IMG/VR virus record: IMGVR_UViG_3300050500_000054
Span: 9,788-73,787 of that record
Strand: one strand, 5' to 3'
Length of the DNA stretch: 64,000 nt
DNA from: a virus
Positions 54,656-63,786 of this stretch are shown piece after piece. Position 1 is the first letter of the stretch; each line of letters begins with the position of its first letter. The notes under the pieces were generated by a model. That model was not told the DNA's origin. It saw nothing but the letters and a program-made list of their open reading frames with translations, and searched no databases. The position numbers were made by a program, and so were the translations under genes.

Positions 54656-55423
54656 ATGCCGAAGAATCGTGTCAAGAATGTAGGTGTTGAACTGGAGGGT
54701 GGTTGGATTAAGCCTCCCCAGCCACTACAGCGAGATGGTAGCCTGAAATTCCACGACATCGTGCATTACGAGGCAGGTCGTGGACTTGCTGGACCTGCTC
54801 CTGCTGTAGCTGCATTCAAGAAGCTCTACGTCACTGGTGCAGTGTTGGAGGAACACAAGATCCCTCAGGTAGGTGAGATCGTCAGTCCAATTCTGGAAGT
54901 TCCAGAAGTGGAGGACTACATCAGGACCAACTACCCTAATATCGTAAACGAAACCTGTGGCCTCCACGTCCACATGAGCTTCAAATACAAGCTGAACTAC
55001 CAGCGGCTGATGACGGAGGACTACACTCGGAAGATGGTAGTAGGGCTGATTGACTGGGCGAAGAGGAATGACCTCCCGAAGGATCACCCTCTCTGGCCAC
55101 GGTTGATGAAGCCAAACCACAACCACTGTGCTCATGTTTACCTCGGTGATAACCAGGTGACTATCGCCGGAAAGGATTACAACAGTCGAGGAACCAACTA
55201 CAGCCGGTATACAGCAATCAACTACTGTTGGGCACAGCACAAGACAGTCGAGTGTCGCCTACTCAGTATGTTTGACACGGCTGACCAAGCGGTGAGTGCG
55301 GTGGGTGAGGTGATTCGTATCACGAACCTCTTCCTCAGCAAGATCAAGAGTCGGGAGAAGAAGTTCAGTGTGGTGATCAAGCGCGGTGCAACCCTTGTGG
55401 ATCACCGTCGGATTCGAGTTTGA
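54656..55423 (+). CDS. second GS-like amidoligase (Amidoligase_2-type)
   Basis: N-terminal 'VGVELEGGW' (GxExE) and 'CGLHVHMSF' (HxH) motifs. Confidence 0.45.
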   Translation: MPKNRVKNVGVELEGGWIKPPQPLQRDGSLKFHDIVHYEAGRGLAGPAPAVAAFKKLYVTGAVLEEHKIPQVGEIVSPILEVPEVEDYIRTNYPNIVNETCGLHVHMSFKYKLNYQRLMTEDYTRKMVVGLIDWAKRNDLPKDHPLWPRLMKPNHNHCAHVYLGDNQVTIAGKDYNSRGTNYSRYTAINYCWAQHKTVECRLLSMFDTADQAVSAVGEVIRITNLFLSKIKSREKKFSVVIKRGATLVDHRRIRV

Positions 55424-55436
55424 GAGGAGACTGTCA

Positions 55437-56660
55437 ATGTGTGTGATTCTCGTAGCGCGTAAGGACATTCGGCCGTCGGAGGAAATGATCCAGTTGTCGT
55501 GGGATGCCAATCCACAGGGTGCTGGTGCAGCATGGAAGGATCCTGAGGGGCTGGTGAACTGGCGGAAGGGAATGACGCTGGAAGAGGTGCAGGAACTGAA
55601 CAAGAAGCTGCCCTTCCCGTATGTTCTACACTTCCGTGTGGCATCTGCTGGAATGCTGAAGATCCCTGGCCTCAACCACCCGTTCCCGGTGGAGAAAGAT
55701 GCGTCGATCTCCACTGTGGGTCGATTCGTCGGTGATGTCGTGTTCCACAATGGCCACTGGGCCAGCTGGAAGCACGAAATGAAGGACCTCGCTGCTAAGG
55801 GTGGTTGGAAGATCCCGGAGGATCCGTGGTCTGACAGTCGTGCAATGGCCTGGGTTGCGAGCCAGATCGGTGTCGGATTCCTCGAATTGCTCGATGAGAA
55901 GATCGTCCGTTTCGGTCCTGATGGTGTCCATATCATGGGTCATATGGGTCACGGTGGGTGGGACGAGGTGGATGGGATCCTCGTGTCGAATAGGGGGTGG
56001 GAAAAAAGAGTCACTCACTCGAACTATACGACGCCTCCTGCGTCCATGTGTGGGGTAGAGAGGGCCGGGGGTACCTCTCGCAACACGACCTTTCAGAGAT
56101 CGACAGGAGAGCTTGCTCAAACAGAAGGAAGCGAGGGAAATCAGCAAAAAGCAGTACAAGCGACGAATCAAGCTGCTACGGGCGGAGATCAAAACGGCCA
56201 AGAAACGGTAGACACTTACGAGAACGAGGAACTCCAGAAGTGGCTTCGGGATCATCCTCACAACGCTCACAGACGGCATGTGGCGTTGAATGAGGAGAAG
56301 TGCCAGGTGTGCTTCACAAAGGCTGCAAACGTGTTCGATGGTCCGAATCAGAGATTCGGCCGTTGCTGGAGCTGCTATGATCGGCAGAAGAAGGCTCCGA
56401 TCATCGAGGCAGCTATCGTGGTTCCTGCTAGTGTGGCGATTGCAGCGAAGTATCACCGCTGTGAGCAGTGCAAGATCAACAGTGCTGCAACACAGTTGAC
56501 AGACGGGAGCAAGAAGAGGATCTGTGGAACCTGCTGGAGGCAGTTGGGGAAGCCGGATGTGGAATACAACGGTATGAAGATCACAGAAGGCAACAACAAC
56601 ACAGAGTTGGAACGTCGCAGGGCTGATGCAGCACGAGGTATCAGTCGAGTGGTTGGGTAG
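55437..56660 (+). CDS. class-II (Ntn) glutamine amidotransferase-like protein with C-terminal zinc ribbons
   Basis: start 'MCVILVA' (Cys2 nucleophile after Met removal) with SD GAGAGGAGA; C-terminus has four CxxC pairs. Confidence 0.5.
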   Translation: MCVILVARKDIRPSEEMIQLSWDANPQGAGAAWKDPEGLVNWRKGMTLEEVQELNKKLPFPYVLHFRVASAGMLKIPGLNHPFPVEKDASISTVGRFVGDVVFHNGHWASWKHEMKDLAAKGGWKIPEDPWSDSRAMAWVASQIGVGFLELLDEKIVRFGPDGVHIMGHMGHGGWDEVDGILVSNRGWEKRVTHSNYTTPPASMCGVERAGGTSRNTTFQRSTGELAQTEGSEGNQQKAVQATNQAATGGDQNGQETVDTYENEELQKWLRDHPHNAHRRHVALNEEKCQVCFTKAANVFDGPNQRFGRCWSCYDRQKKAPIIEAAIVVPASVAIAAKYHRCEQCKINSAATQLTDGSKKRICGTCWRQLGKPDVEYNGMKITEGNNNTELERRRADAARGISRVVG

Positions 56661-56668
56661 GAGGAACA

Positions 56669-57517
56669 GTGATCAGAATCGACGAACAGGAAGCAGGAGT
56701 CATCAAAGCTCTCCTCATCGCACGAGGGGATCAGTATGACTTGGATCTGGTAGAGAAGATGGACCAGAGGCGGAAGTTCAACGACGAGACACTTCTGGAT
56801 GTTCTGGTCAAGCTGGTCAGTGGTCGGTTTGTCACCAATAGGGTGAGTAACGCCACTGTCAAGGCGCTCAGAGGTGCGCTGTTGACTCCGAAGGAGTTGG
56901 TGGAGGCGATAGCACAGGATGAGAGCTTCAAGTGTGCAGGATGTGCTCAGGAGCTGTCTGAGGCAGAGATGGTCAGCGTGGATGGCACGTTGCTCTACTG
57001 TGCCGCCTGTGTGAGTCCTCTCACCGTGCGTTGCCCAGGTCACGGTAAGCCTATTGCACTTCCAGAAGGTGCAATTAAGCGAATCGTGAGGAAGACAATC
57101 AAGGAGTGTGCTCAGTGTGCTAATCCTGAGAGGACACCTGCTCCTGAGGTTCAGGATGGTCCTGATAACAGAGAGCCGCCCGTGTTTAACGCTGCACCTG
57201 GATTTGGTGGCTGGTTGGGAGTAGGCACGCCAGCACCGCTTGATGAAGGATTGCGGGATGCAATAGAGCGGCAGAATCGGTTGGATGAGGAGTTCTTCAG
57301 ACGTGAACAGGAACGTGAGGAGCTGAGACGTAGGGTTGTCATTGGTGGCAGGCGTATGGGTCGTGGTGCGCGTGATCATGCGGAGCCTGAGCCTCAGACG
57401 CTTCGTCCTCCAGATCGTGCATGGGCTACCATCGCAATGCAGCATCGTACAGAACCATTGGCCTACGATATTGAAACCCCGGAGCCAGCAGCACAGCCGC
57501 CGGAGGAGCGAGAGTAA
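56669..57517 (+). CDS. zinc-ribbon protein (CAGCAQ...CAAC, CPGHG, CAQC)
   Basis: 282 aa with central Cys cluster and Arg/Glu-rich C-terminus. Confidence 0.3.
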   Translation: MIRIDEQEAGVIKALLIARGDQYDLDLVEKMDQRRKFNDETLLDVLVKLVSGRFVTNRVSNATVKALRGALLTPKELVEAIAQDESFKCAGCAQELSEAEMVSVDGTLLYCAACVSPLTVRCPGHGKPIALPEGAIKRIVRKTIKECAQCANPERTPAPEVQDGPDNREPPVFNAAPGFGGWLGVGTPAPLDEGLRDAIERQNRLDEEFFRREQEREELRRRVVIGGRRMGRGARDHAEPEPQTLRPPDRAWATIAMQHRTEPLAYDIETPEPAAQPPEERE

Positions 57518-57912
57518 TGCGGATAGAGCAGTTCGATCAGATCCTCAACTCTCGAACAGTTCCTCCGAATGAGTTGATGGAGCAAAACCTGGATGAACTT
57601 GAGAAGCGTGTAGAGGAATATCTCAAGGAGGCAAAGAAGAGGGAAGCGGAGGAGGAGCAGGAGGATCTCCAACAGATCAGGGAAGGCAAGGAGAAGGACG
57701 AGTTCGAGGATGACTTCTTCGATCCAGAGGATTTCTACGAAGCCCTGGATCTGTTGGAGAGTTGTGCAAAGGTCCTGAAGAAGCTCATGAGTGATGATCC
57801 GAATGAGGAATATCCGCCAGCGTTCCTGAACAAGCTGTCGAACCTCTCTACGGATTGTTACTCGTTCGTCAATCGTTTCATCGTCAACAAGGATGAGGAG
57901 TCAGAGGTATGA
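57517..57912 (+). CDS. acidic coiled-coil protein
   Basis: 131 aa, Glu/Asp-rich. Confidence 0.3.
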   Translation: MRIEQFDQILNSRTVPPNELMEQNLDELEKRVEEYLKEAKKREAEEEQEDLQQIREGKEKDEFEDDFFDPEDFYEALDLLESCAKVLKKLMSDDPNEEYPPAFLNKLSNLSTDCYSFVNRFIVNKDEESEV

Positions 57913-58796
57913 TCTACGTATTTCGTCAGGCCAGCAGCAAGGGTGCTCGTGAGTTGTCGGAGAGTATCGCATGGGGACGACGGGCACGGAATGAGGATCT
58001 CCTCCGCCGTCGGGTGAAGGCTGGGGATCTGGTCATCGCGTGGGGCGATCATGTGAACCTACCGGATGGCGTGTTGGCGTTGAACAACGTCCCTCTCTCG
58101 AACAAGTTCACGGATGCGGAGAAGCTGAAGGCTGCCGGTGTGCCTACGGTGGAAGTGTCGAGGGTGATGCCTCAGCCAGTTCGCCAGACGGCTCCTCCTG
58201 ATCCTGCGCTGAACGCATTCGCTCGGTTGCTCAACACTGTAGACCTCCGTGGTTTGGGCCACAGGAGTTTGGAGGTAATCCGACAGATCACTGATGTTCA
58301 GGAAAGGATCAACACCTATCTGGAAGCTGTTGCTCAGCCTGCTCCTGTTGCTCCGCCTCCACAGGTAGTGGGCGAGTGGGTTGGCCGTAACAACAACCAC
58401 GTCGGTGGGAATGATCTCCTCAATCCACCCCGTCTGCCTGACTTCTACGTGAAGAAGGAAGTCCTGAAGGGTGAGGTTCGTATCCACAGCTTCCTCGGCA
58501 AGTCAATTCGAGCGGGTGTGAAGGCTCCTCGTGAAGGTGTCGAGCAGCATCCGTGGGTGCGGAGTTTTGACGGAGGTTGGCGTATCGTGTATGACAACTT
58601 CAAGTCAAAGGGTGCCCAGCGTGAACTCGCAGCGAAGGCTGTGGAGGCACTTGGGTTGCAGTTCGGTGCAGTGGACATCGGGATCAAGGAGGATGGCAGT
58701 CTGATCGTGCTGGAAGTGAACAGAGCGCCCGGTCTTGAAGGTGGGACGGTTACGGCCTATGCGGGTGCAATTCAGCAGCATCTGGAGACGGTATGA
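57909..58796 (+). CDS. ATP-grasp ligase (RimK/GshB-like)
   Basis: C-terminal 'FGAVDIGIKEDGSLIVLEVNRAPGLEG' is the classic ATP-grasp Mg/ATP-binding segment. Confidence 0.6.
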   Translation: MIYVFRQASSKGARELSESIAWGRRARNEDLLRRRVKAGDLVIAWGDHVNLPDGVLALNNVPLSNKFTDAEKLKAAGVPTVEVSRVMPQPVRQTAPPDPALNAFARLLNTVDLRGLGHRSLEVIRQITDVQERINTYLEAVAQPAPVAPPPQVVGEWVGRNNNHVGGNDLLNPPRLPDFYVKKEVLKGEVRIHSFLGKSIRAGVKAPREGVEQHPWVRSFDGGWRIVYDNFKSKGAQRELAAKAVEALGLQFGAVDIGIKEDGSLIVLEVNRAPGLEGGTVTAYAGAIQQHLETV

Positions 58797-58951
58797 ACGA
58801 GTCCAAGACGAGGAAGATTCGTCAGTGTTGGGAGTGTGGAGGCAAAAGCCTCCGCACTGCCGCAGAGTTGATGGACCATGCGAAGGTCTGTAAACGCGTG
58901 AAGGCGCTGGGGTTGGAGGTTCCTCAGATTGTCCTCACGGATGGAGATCAG
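58793..58951 (+). CDS. small zinc-ribbon protein
   Basis: MNESKTRKIRQCWECGGKS...CKRVK; about 52 aa; hand-translated. Confidence 0.25.
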
Positions 58952-58953
58952 CA

Positions 58954-59172
58954 GTGAGAGCATTCCGGTTAGTGCGGAAAGAGGATGTTTCAGGAGTGTC
59001 TGGAACTGGAGTTGTTGCGGAGGGAGTGGAGTTCCATGATGGACAGGTTGCAGTGAGCTGGTATGGACGCTATCACTGCGTTAGTATTTGGCCGTCTATC
59101 AAGGATGTAGAGGCCATTCATGGGCATGAAGGCAGGACCACTGTAGAGTGGGCAGAGAGGGAGATGTCATAA
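58954..59172 (+). CDS. hypothetical protein
   Basis: 72 aa. Confidence 0.3.
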   Translation: MRAFRLVRKEDVSGVSGTGVVAEGVEFHDGQVAVSWYGRYHCVSIWPSIKDVEAIHGHEGRTTVEWAEREMS

Positions 59173-59369
59173 TGGCAGAGGTTGATATCACGCTTTCAAA
59201 GCTGAAGTATCGTAACCCAGACTCACGCCTGAACAAGCGTCAGTTTGACCCGCCTGAGGGGACGTATACCTTCCAAGGTGGGAAGTTCGGTGCCAAGAGC
59301 AGCAACCAGGGCACCAAGTCCAAGAAGAAGACCATCGCGCCTCGTAAGCGGGCGTATGGGCCGTTCTGA
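59172..59369 (+). CDS. small basic protein
   Basis: MAEVDITLSK...; internal Met of ORF 59148..59369. Confidence 0.3.
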   Translation: MAEVDITLSKLKYRNPDSRLNKRQFDPPEGTYTFQGGKFGAKSSNQGTKSKKKTIAPRKRAYGPF

Positions 59370-59566
59370 TGACAACCAAGAAACAACTCCTCCATATAGC
59401 AGGACAGATTGATGCATTGATGAGGACTTTGGATGCCATGAACAAAGATGCCCAGAACGTATTTGGTGATTATTCCATCTCTGGGCAACACGAGACAGGT
59501 AACATCATCGTTATCTTGGGAGGCTGTGCTAGACGGCTAACCAAACTGGCAGGAGTCATCAAGTGA
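59369..59566 (+). CDS. hypothetical protein
   Basis: 65 aa, ATGA-coupled. Confidence 0.3.
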   Translation: MTTKKQLLHIAGQIDALMRTLDAMNKDAQNVFGDYSISGQHETGNIIVILGGCARRLTKLAGVIK

Positions 59567-59811
59567 CACTAGAGCAGATCCTCCGAATGCAAGGTCAGGG
59601 GCACTATAAGCCTCAGGAAACAAAGGACTTGACAGTCGTGTGGAGTGGTGGTGAATTGCTTCCAGACCGAGAGGAACACACCGACACGCGATACGAAAGT
59701 GCGGAACCCTACGGGGACGATGAGGATGCACGACCGAAGCGTAAATACACCTTGACAGGGCGTTACAAGAAGGAGGGCACAGATGGCGACGGACTACGTG
59801 AAGATGCTTAA
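59563..59811 (+). CDS. hypothetical protein
   Basis: 82 aa. Confidence 0.3.
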   Translation: MTLEQILRMQGQGHYKPQETKDLTVVWSGGELLPDREEHTDTRYESAEPYGDDEDARPKRKYTLTGRYKKEGTDGDGLREDA

Positions 59812-59919
59812 GGATCTTGAGGACCGCTTGATTGAGCGGATTGATGCTCTACAGGAAGCTCTTGCAGAACAGCATGAGGAGTTCAACGATAGACTGGATC
59901 GGATGGAGAGGGAAATCTA

Positions 59920-60137
59920 TGCCGACCGTGAAACTTACGATTAGAGAGCGGTGGAGGGACCTCCAGTGCTGGTGGAAAGAACACCAGTGGGTGAAGGTAG
60001 GCCCATCTGGGAGGCGCTACTGTAGGCGCTGTGGGCTAGCACAGAAGCGAGTGTTCATTGCTAAGGTAGGCAAGGCTGGAATCTACTTCAAGTATAAGGA
60101 CATGGGTAGGCTCCAGATACCCCGTAGGAAGCCCTAG
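59920..60137 (+). CDS. small basic Cys-containing protein
   Basis: MPTVKLTIRERWRDLQCWW...CRRCG; internal Met of ORF 59832..60137. Confidence 0.3.
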
Positions 60138-60289
60138 AATGCCCCAGGATCGATTTTCTTTCCTCGCCTATGGGTCAGGCCGCCCTCGGGACGGCACGGC
60201 CCCTAGAGCGGGGGGCAAGGCTGGAGCGCCAAGCGGAAGCCGCAGGCTCCGCCTCCCTACGTTAGGGTGGGTTACTTACTCTTTATTAG

Positions 60290-60440
60290 TAGAATTGACC
60301 CACCCACTGCAATTTGAGGTAAACCCTTTGGAATCAGTGATTTACAGTGGGTCATGCGTTTTTTGTGAGAATCTGCCCTCGACCCTTTAGAATCAACGAC
60401 TTACGGTGGGTCATGGGGTGGGTCATTGGGGTTTTTGAGG
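60290..60440 (+). repeat. iteron-like repeat block B (inverted relative to block A): 2 copies of the 20-mer in reverse orientation plus 4 GTGGGTCA boxes
   Basis: 'ctttagaatcaacgacttac' and 'ctttggaatcagtgatttacag' are rc of the GTAAGT(T/C)GTTGATTCTAAAG repeat; cagtgggtca, cggtgggtcatggggtgggtca, and rc gcagtgggtgggtcaa. Confidence 0.6.
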
Positions 60441-60466
60441 TTTTTGGAACTTGACAATCTGGGAGG

Positions 60467-60770
60467 AATGTGCATGAGAATCGAAATTGCCATCACGATT
60501 CATCACGAGAGCGGGAAGGAGAACCTGAAGCAGATGAGGGATAAGTATCTAAACTTCAGGGACCATGTGGAGGACATGCAATTGGCGGGGTGGCTACCCC
60601 GAGGGACCATTGACTGGACCCTCAGGGCAAAAGGCGTGAGTGTGAATGTTACCCGACCTCCTAAGTCTGCTGAAACCATCGGGCCAGTTGTTCCTCCTGG
60701 CGATTCTCGACAGGGTGTTCTTCTACTCCCTTCGGGACGGCCAGACGATAGCCAGCCCTACGGAGTATAG
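60467..60770 (+). CDS. possible small protein convergent with and overlapping the helicase gene 3' end
   Basis: ATG preceded by GGAGGA; about 100 aa; overlaps the C-terminus of the minus-strand gene by about 110 nt, so the call is doubtful. Confidence 0.2.
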
Positions 60771-61620
60771 ACCTTGCAGCCTCAGGTGACTTCCCAATGA
60801 GAGGAGCCAGTGCTCTGGCTTTGGCCCTGTCTCCCACCAGGTCGTCATTGTTTAGAATAGAATCAATGGCTGCCCGGTATTCGTCAGGATCTGGCATCCA
60901 CAGGAGGGCATCGTCGCAATCCTGCCGGATCATCTTGATGCTTCCCTCTTCGATATTGCGTCCAGCGTAGTAGAGTCTAGACTTGGTTAGGCGCAAGATC
61001 GCATCCATCTCACCAACGACTGCTGTTGAGCCTCGGTGGTCAGCCATGATATCCTTATCCATGTCTGGAGAAGGTTTCTTATCGTGGCTAATGACTAGGA
61101 CTGCTGCCGGGTGACAGGCCGACACCAGATTCGTCATCACATTCGACATCACAGTTGAGGAATTCTCGTCCCCACTGTGTAGCTTTCGGATAGTGTCAAT
61201 AATTACCAGCACTGGCCGATGAGGCTGGATAATTGAGTGTAGGTAATGCACATGCCCTGGTTGGAGGATGTCAAATGGAAACTTCTCCAGAGTGGTCATG
61301 TCAGCTAGGAGGATCTTCTCATCCGGAAGCTTGAGGCCAAACTTCCTAAGAGCGTCGAACCTCAACGCCCACGTCGTTCCGGGCGTATCTAGCTGCAAAT
61401 AAAGGACTTTACCCGGCTGTCCGACTGGGAAGCCCATCCAATCCGTCCCCGTGGCAACGGCCTCGGCGAGCTGGATTGCCAGCGCCGACTTGCCAACTTT
61501 TGGAGGAGAATAAAGGAGTCCCTTCCCCGAGGCCGGAATCAAAGGCTCGATCAGCCAAGTTTCGGGTCCTCTTGGGAGGGTAAGGTAGGTAGAAACGGGA
61601 ATGAAACCAGGAAATGACAT
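60661..61620 (-). CDS. RecA-fold replicative helicase/loader (AAA_25, RepA-like) with C-terminal HTH
   Basis: Walker A 'SPPKVGKSALAIQLAEA', Walker B 'LVIIDTIRKL'; C-terminal 'GDRAKARALAPLIGKSPEAARSILRRAGY' HTH-like. Confidence 0.6.
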   Translation of the reverse strand: MSFPGFIPVSTYLTLPRGPETWLIEPLIPASGKGLLYSPPKVGKSALAIQLAEAVATGTDWMGFPVGQPGKVLYLQLDTPGTTWALRFDALRKFGLKLPDEKILLADMTTLEKFPFDILQPGHVHYLHSIIQPHRPVLVIIDTIRKLHSGDENSSTVMSNVMTNLVSACHPAAVLVISHDKKPSPDMDKDIMADHRGSTAVVGEMDAILRLTKSRLYYAGRNIEEGSIKMIRQDCDDALLWMPDPDEYRAAIDSILNNDDLVGDRAKARALAPLIGKSPEAARSILRRAGYRLAVPKGVEEHPVENRQEEQLARWFQQT

Positions 61621-61716
61621 ATACCTCCACTGAATTTGCGTTCTGCCGGAATGGTATGAACGCGGGAGGCCGAAACCCCTGCACGGCCGTTGGGTAATTA
61701 TTTGAATGGATTTCAG

Positions 61717-61746
61717 ATCCTACCACGAGGAAAGGGAGATTGTCAA
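61717..61746 (-). promoter_or_regulatory. sigma70-like promoter (TTGACA-18nt-TAGGAT) for the helicase gene
   Basis: cTTGACAATc box conserved with the tRNA-array promoter; about 95 nt upstream of the helicase ATG. Confidence 0.45.
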
Positions 61747-61944
61747 GTGATAAGTGAGAAAACCCTAAAGAAAATCATCGAACACGTTTGGAAGCATGGA
61801 TGGGAGGATGGTTATTATAATGGTGGCGAACATGATTGTCGGATGTTCGAACCTTCAGCTAAGAGGCATTGGAAGTTCTCAGAAAAACACATGGTAGCTG
61901 TAGCTCATAAGATTATGAGAATGGAGGCGAAGGATGCACACTGA
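61747..61944 (+). CDS. small hypothetical protein (GTG start)
   Basis: SD GAGGAAAGGGAG then GTG; VISEKTLKKIIEHVWKHGWEDG... Confidence 0.3.
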   Translation: MISEKTLKKIIEHVWKHGWEDGYYNGGEHDCRMFEPSAKRHWKFSEKHMVAVAHKIMRMEAKDAH

Positions 61945-62188
61945 ATGTAAATTGGACCTAGAGATGTGGCATGAATACACAGTGCCTGCCCGTAAGATGG
62001 TGCTATCCTCTAGGATCCAGGTTGATGAGAAGCGCAAAGGTAATATGATTTGCAGGACGTATGCCGATCCTGGTGATGTGATCATGCGGAGGCGTCGTGT
62101 CAGATCAAGCTGGGGCGGTGATATTGATTATGAGTGGGAATACCAGACTGTAGAGGCTTACAAAGAATGGCTTAACAATCCATTCTAA
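61934..62188 (+). CDS. hypothetical protein
   Basis: 84 aa. Confidence 0.3.
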   Translation: MHTECKLDLEMWHEYTVPARKMVLSSRIQVDEKRKGNMICRTYADPGDVIMRRRRVRSSWGGDIDYEWEYQTVEAYKEWLNNPF

Positions 62189-62272
62189 CACTCCCTACCC
62201 AAAGGGAACGCACGCGCACGCCTGTGCGCGGAAACGGGGGTTCGCGGGCGAGCGAAACCTCTGCGAATCGGG

Positions 62273-62301
62273 TTGACAATCCGCCATTTTCGTGGTAGGA
62301 T
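62273..62301 (+). promoter_or_regulatory. sigma70-like promoter TTGACA-17nt-TAGGAT
   Basis: gTTGACAATccgccattttcgtggTAGGAT; precedes two tiny hydrophobic peptides (62372..62449, 62446..62547); upstream 7-bp palindrome cgcgcac-gcct-gtgcgcg. Confidence 0.5.
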
Positions 62302-62534
62302 CTAAAAACTCGCCCACATTTTCAATTTTTCTTAACAATTTACCACCTTTTCAAGAGGAGGGAGGAACTCCTATGGCCCTAATCGGCTTTCTGTTCCTAC
62401 TCGCTGCCTTCCTGCCTCTCATTCTTCTTATGGGAGGCGAACGGGAATGACAGGAGCGATGGTGTTAGCGGTCCTCATGGCCTTTGTGCTACTGATGATC
62501 GGAACTGTGATTTCTCGTTTCGGAGGGGACGACG

Positions 62535-62723
62535 ATGGATACTGCTAATAACAGACTAGAAGTTGAACGCATCCGAGGTAGGATGGACCAGAAGATTTAC
62601 ACTCTGGAGGATATGAGGATTCTATTGAGGATCTGTGACGAACAGGTAATCGAGTTGGAGGGATTGCGTGAGCACATGAACAACCTGTATGAACTCTCAG
62701 AGGAAACACGAATTGGACACTAA
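62535..62723 (+). CDS. small hypothetical protein
   Basis: 62 aa. Confidence 0.25.
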   Translation: MDTANNRLEVERIRGRMDQKIYTLEDMRILLRICDEQVIELEGLREHMNNLYELSEETRIGH

Positions 62724-63786
62724 GCTACGCTTCTACTCTCAATCCTCAGTCGTTCAAGACTGGAAGTGCCCTAGATCCTTCTACTGGGGCTACGAATACG
62801 GTGGCACTGGCCTAAGTGGCACTACCCAACAGCTAGAGCTCCTCATCGGACAGATTCTACACGACGGCCTAGCAGCTATCGCTAAGGGCTTGGATATCAA
62901 CGAGATAGCGCCTCTTGGTGCTAAGCAGTTGAAGGATGCCATTATGGCTGCAACTGTCAGTGAGCCTGATGCTGAGCACTTCGCTAATGAACAGGCCGCA
63001 CTGGTAGAGGGTCTATTGCGTGGTTACGTCCGTGCTGTGTGGCCTATCTTTCAGAAGCAGTATCCTGAGATCCTCCATGTCGAGAAGGAGATGATCTACA
63101 AACACGGCAATGGGCTGGTGTTCATGTGTAAGCCTGACCTTGTGGTTCGTGACCATGAGGGTGCCCTGTGGTATGTGGAGTATAAGTCTACGTCTAGCAA
63201 CAAGGATCAGTGGATTAACTCTTGGGCTACAGCTATTCAGTTGCACTCTGCATCTAGAGCCATTCGTGAGACGATTGGTGAGGACATCACAGGTGTGATT
63301 GTTCAGGGCCTGTATAAGGGCTATGTGAGCTATGGCAAGCAGGGTAGTCCGTTCTGCTATGGCTACTACAAGCAGGGTAATCCTCCCTTCACCCAGAACC
63401 AGTGGCAATACAACTATGTCGCTGGGTGGAAGAAGTTCCCCATCTGGGAACGCGAGGGTGGAGTGGAGAAGTGGGTTGCTGAGATGCCGGAAGCCCTTTT
63501 GGCAGAACAGTTTCCACAGGCACCACCTATCTTTGTGAGGGAGCACCTTGTGGATGCTTTCTTCAATCAACAGGAACATAGACAACAAAGGATTGCAAAC
63601 GCTGGTGCTATCACTGTTACTAGTCTGGACGATGTTTTTCCGCAGAGGTTCGACCAGTGTCAGCCATCCTTCGGTAAGCCCTGTCAGTTCAGGCAGTTGT
63701 GTCATGGGAACGTATCTGACCCATTGACGCATGGGTTTGTGCAGAGGACTACTGAGCATAGGGAGGCGTATGAGAAGTTGGCATAG
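62689..63786 (+). CDS. PD-(D/E)xK nuclease with C-terminal 4-Cys cluster (Cas4/RecB-family-like)
   Basis: 'CKPDLVVRD...WYVEYKST' (D...ExK) and 'C-x5-C...C-x5-C' (CQPSFGKPCQFRQLC) Fe-S-type cluster. Confidence 0.5.
   Translation: MNSQRKHELDTKLRFYSQSSVVQDWKCPRSFYWGYEYGGTGLSGTTQQLELLIGQILHDGLAAIAKGLDINEIAPLGAKQLKDAIMAATVSEPDAEHFANEQAALVEGLLRGYVRAVWPIFQKQYPEILHVEKEMIYKHGNGLVFMCKPDLVVRDHEGALWYVEYKSTSSNKDQWINSWATAIQLHSASRAIRETIGEDITGVIVQGLYKGYVSYGKQGSPFCYGYYKQGNPPFTQNQWQYNYVAGWKKFPIWEREGGVEKWVAEMPEALLAEQFPQAPPIFVREHLVDAFFNQQEHRQQRIANAGAITVTSLDDVFPQRFDQCQPSFGKPCQFRQLCHGNVSDPLTHGFVQRTTEHREAYEKLA

Noticed and set aside
60447-60480. Promoter call at the TTGACAAT copy at 60451
   Set aside because: No acceptable -10 hexamer lies at 16-19 nt (ATGAGA is poor). 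It is kept only as a motif copy, not as a separate promoter feature. The same applies to the copy at 63931.
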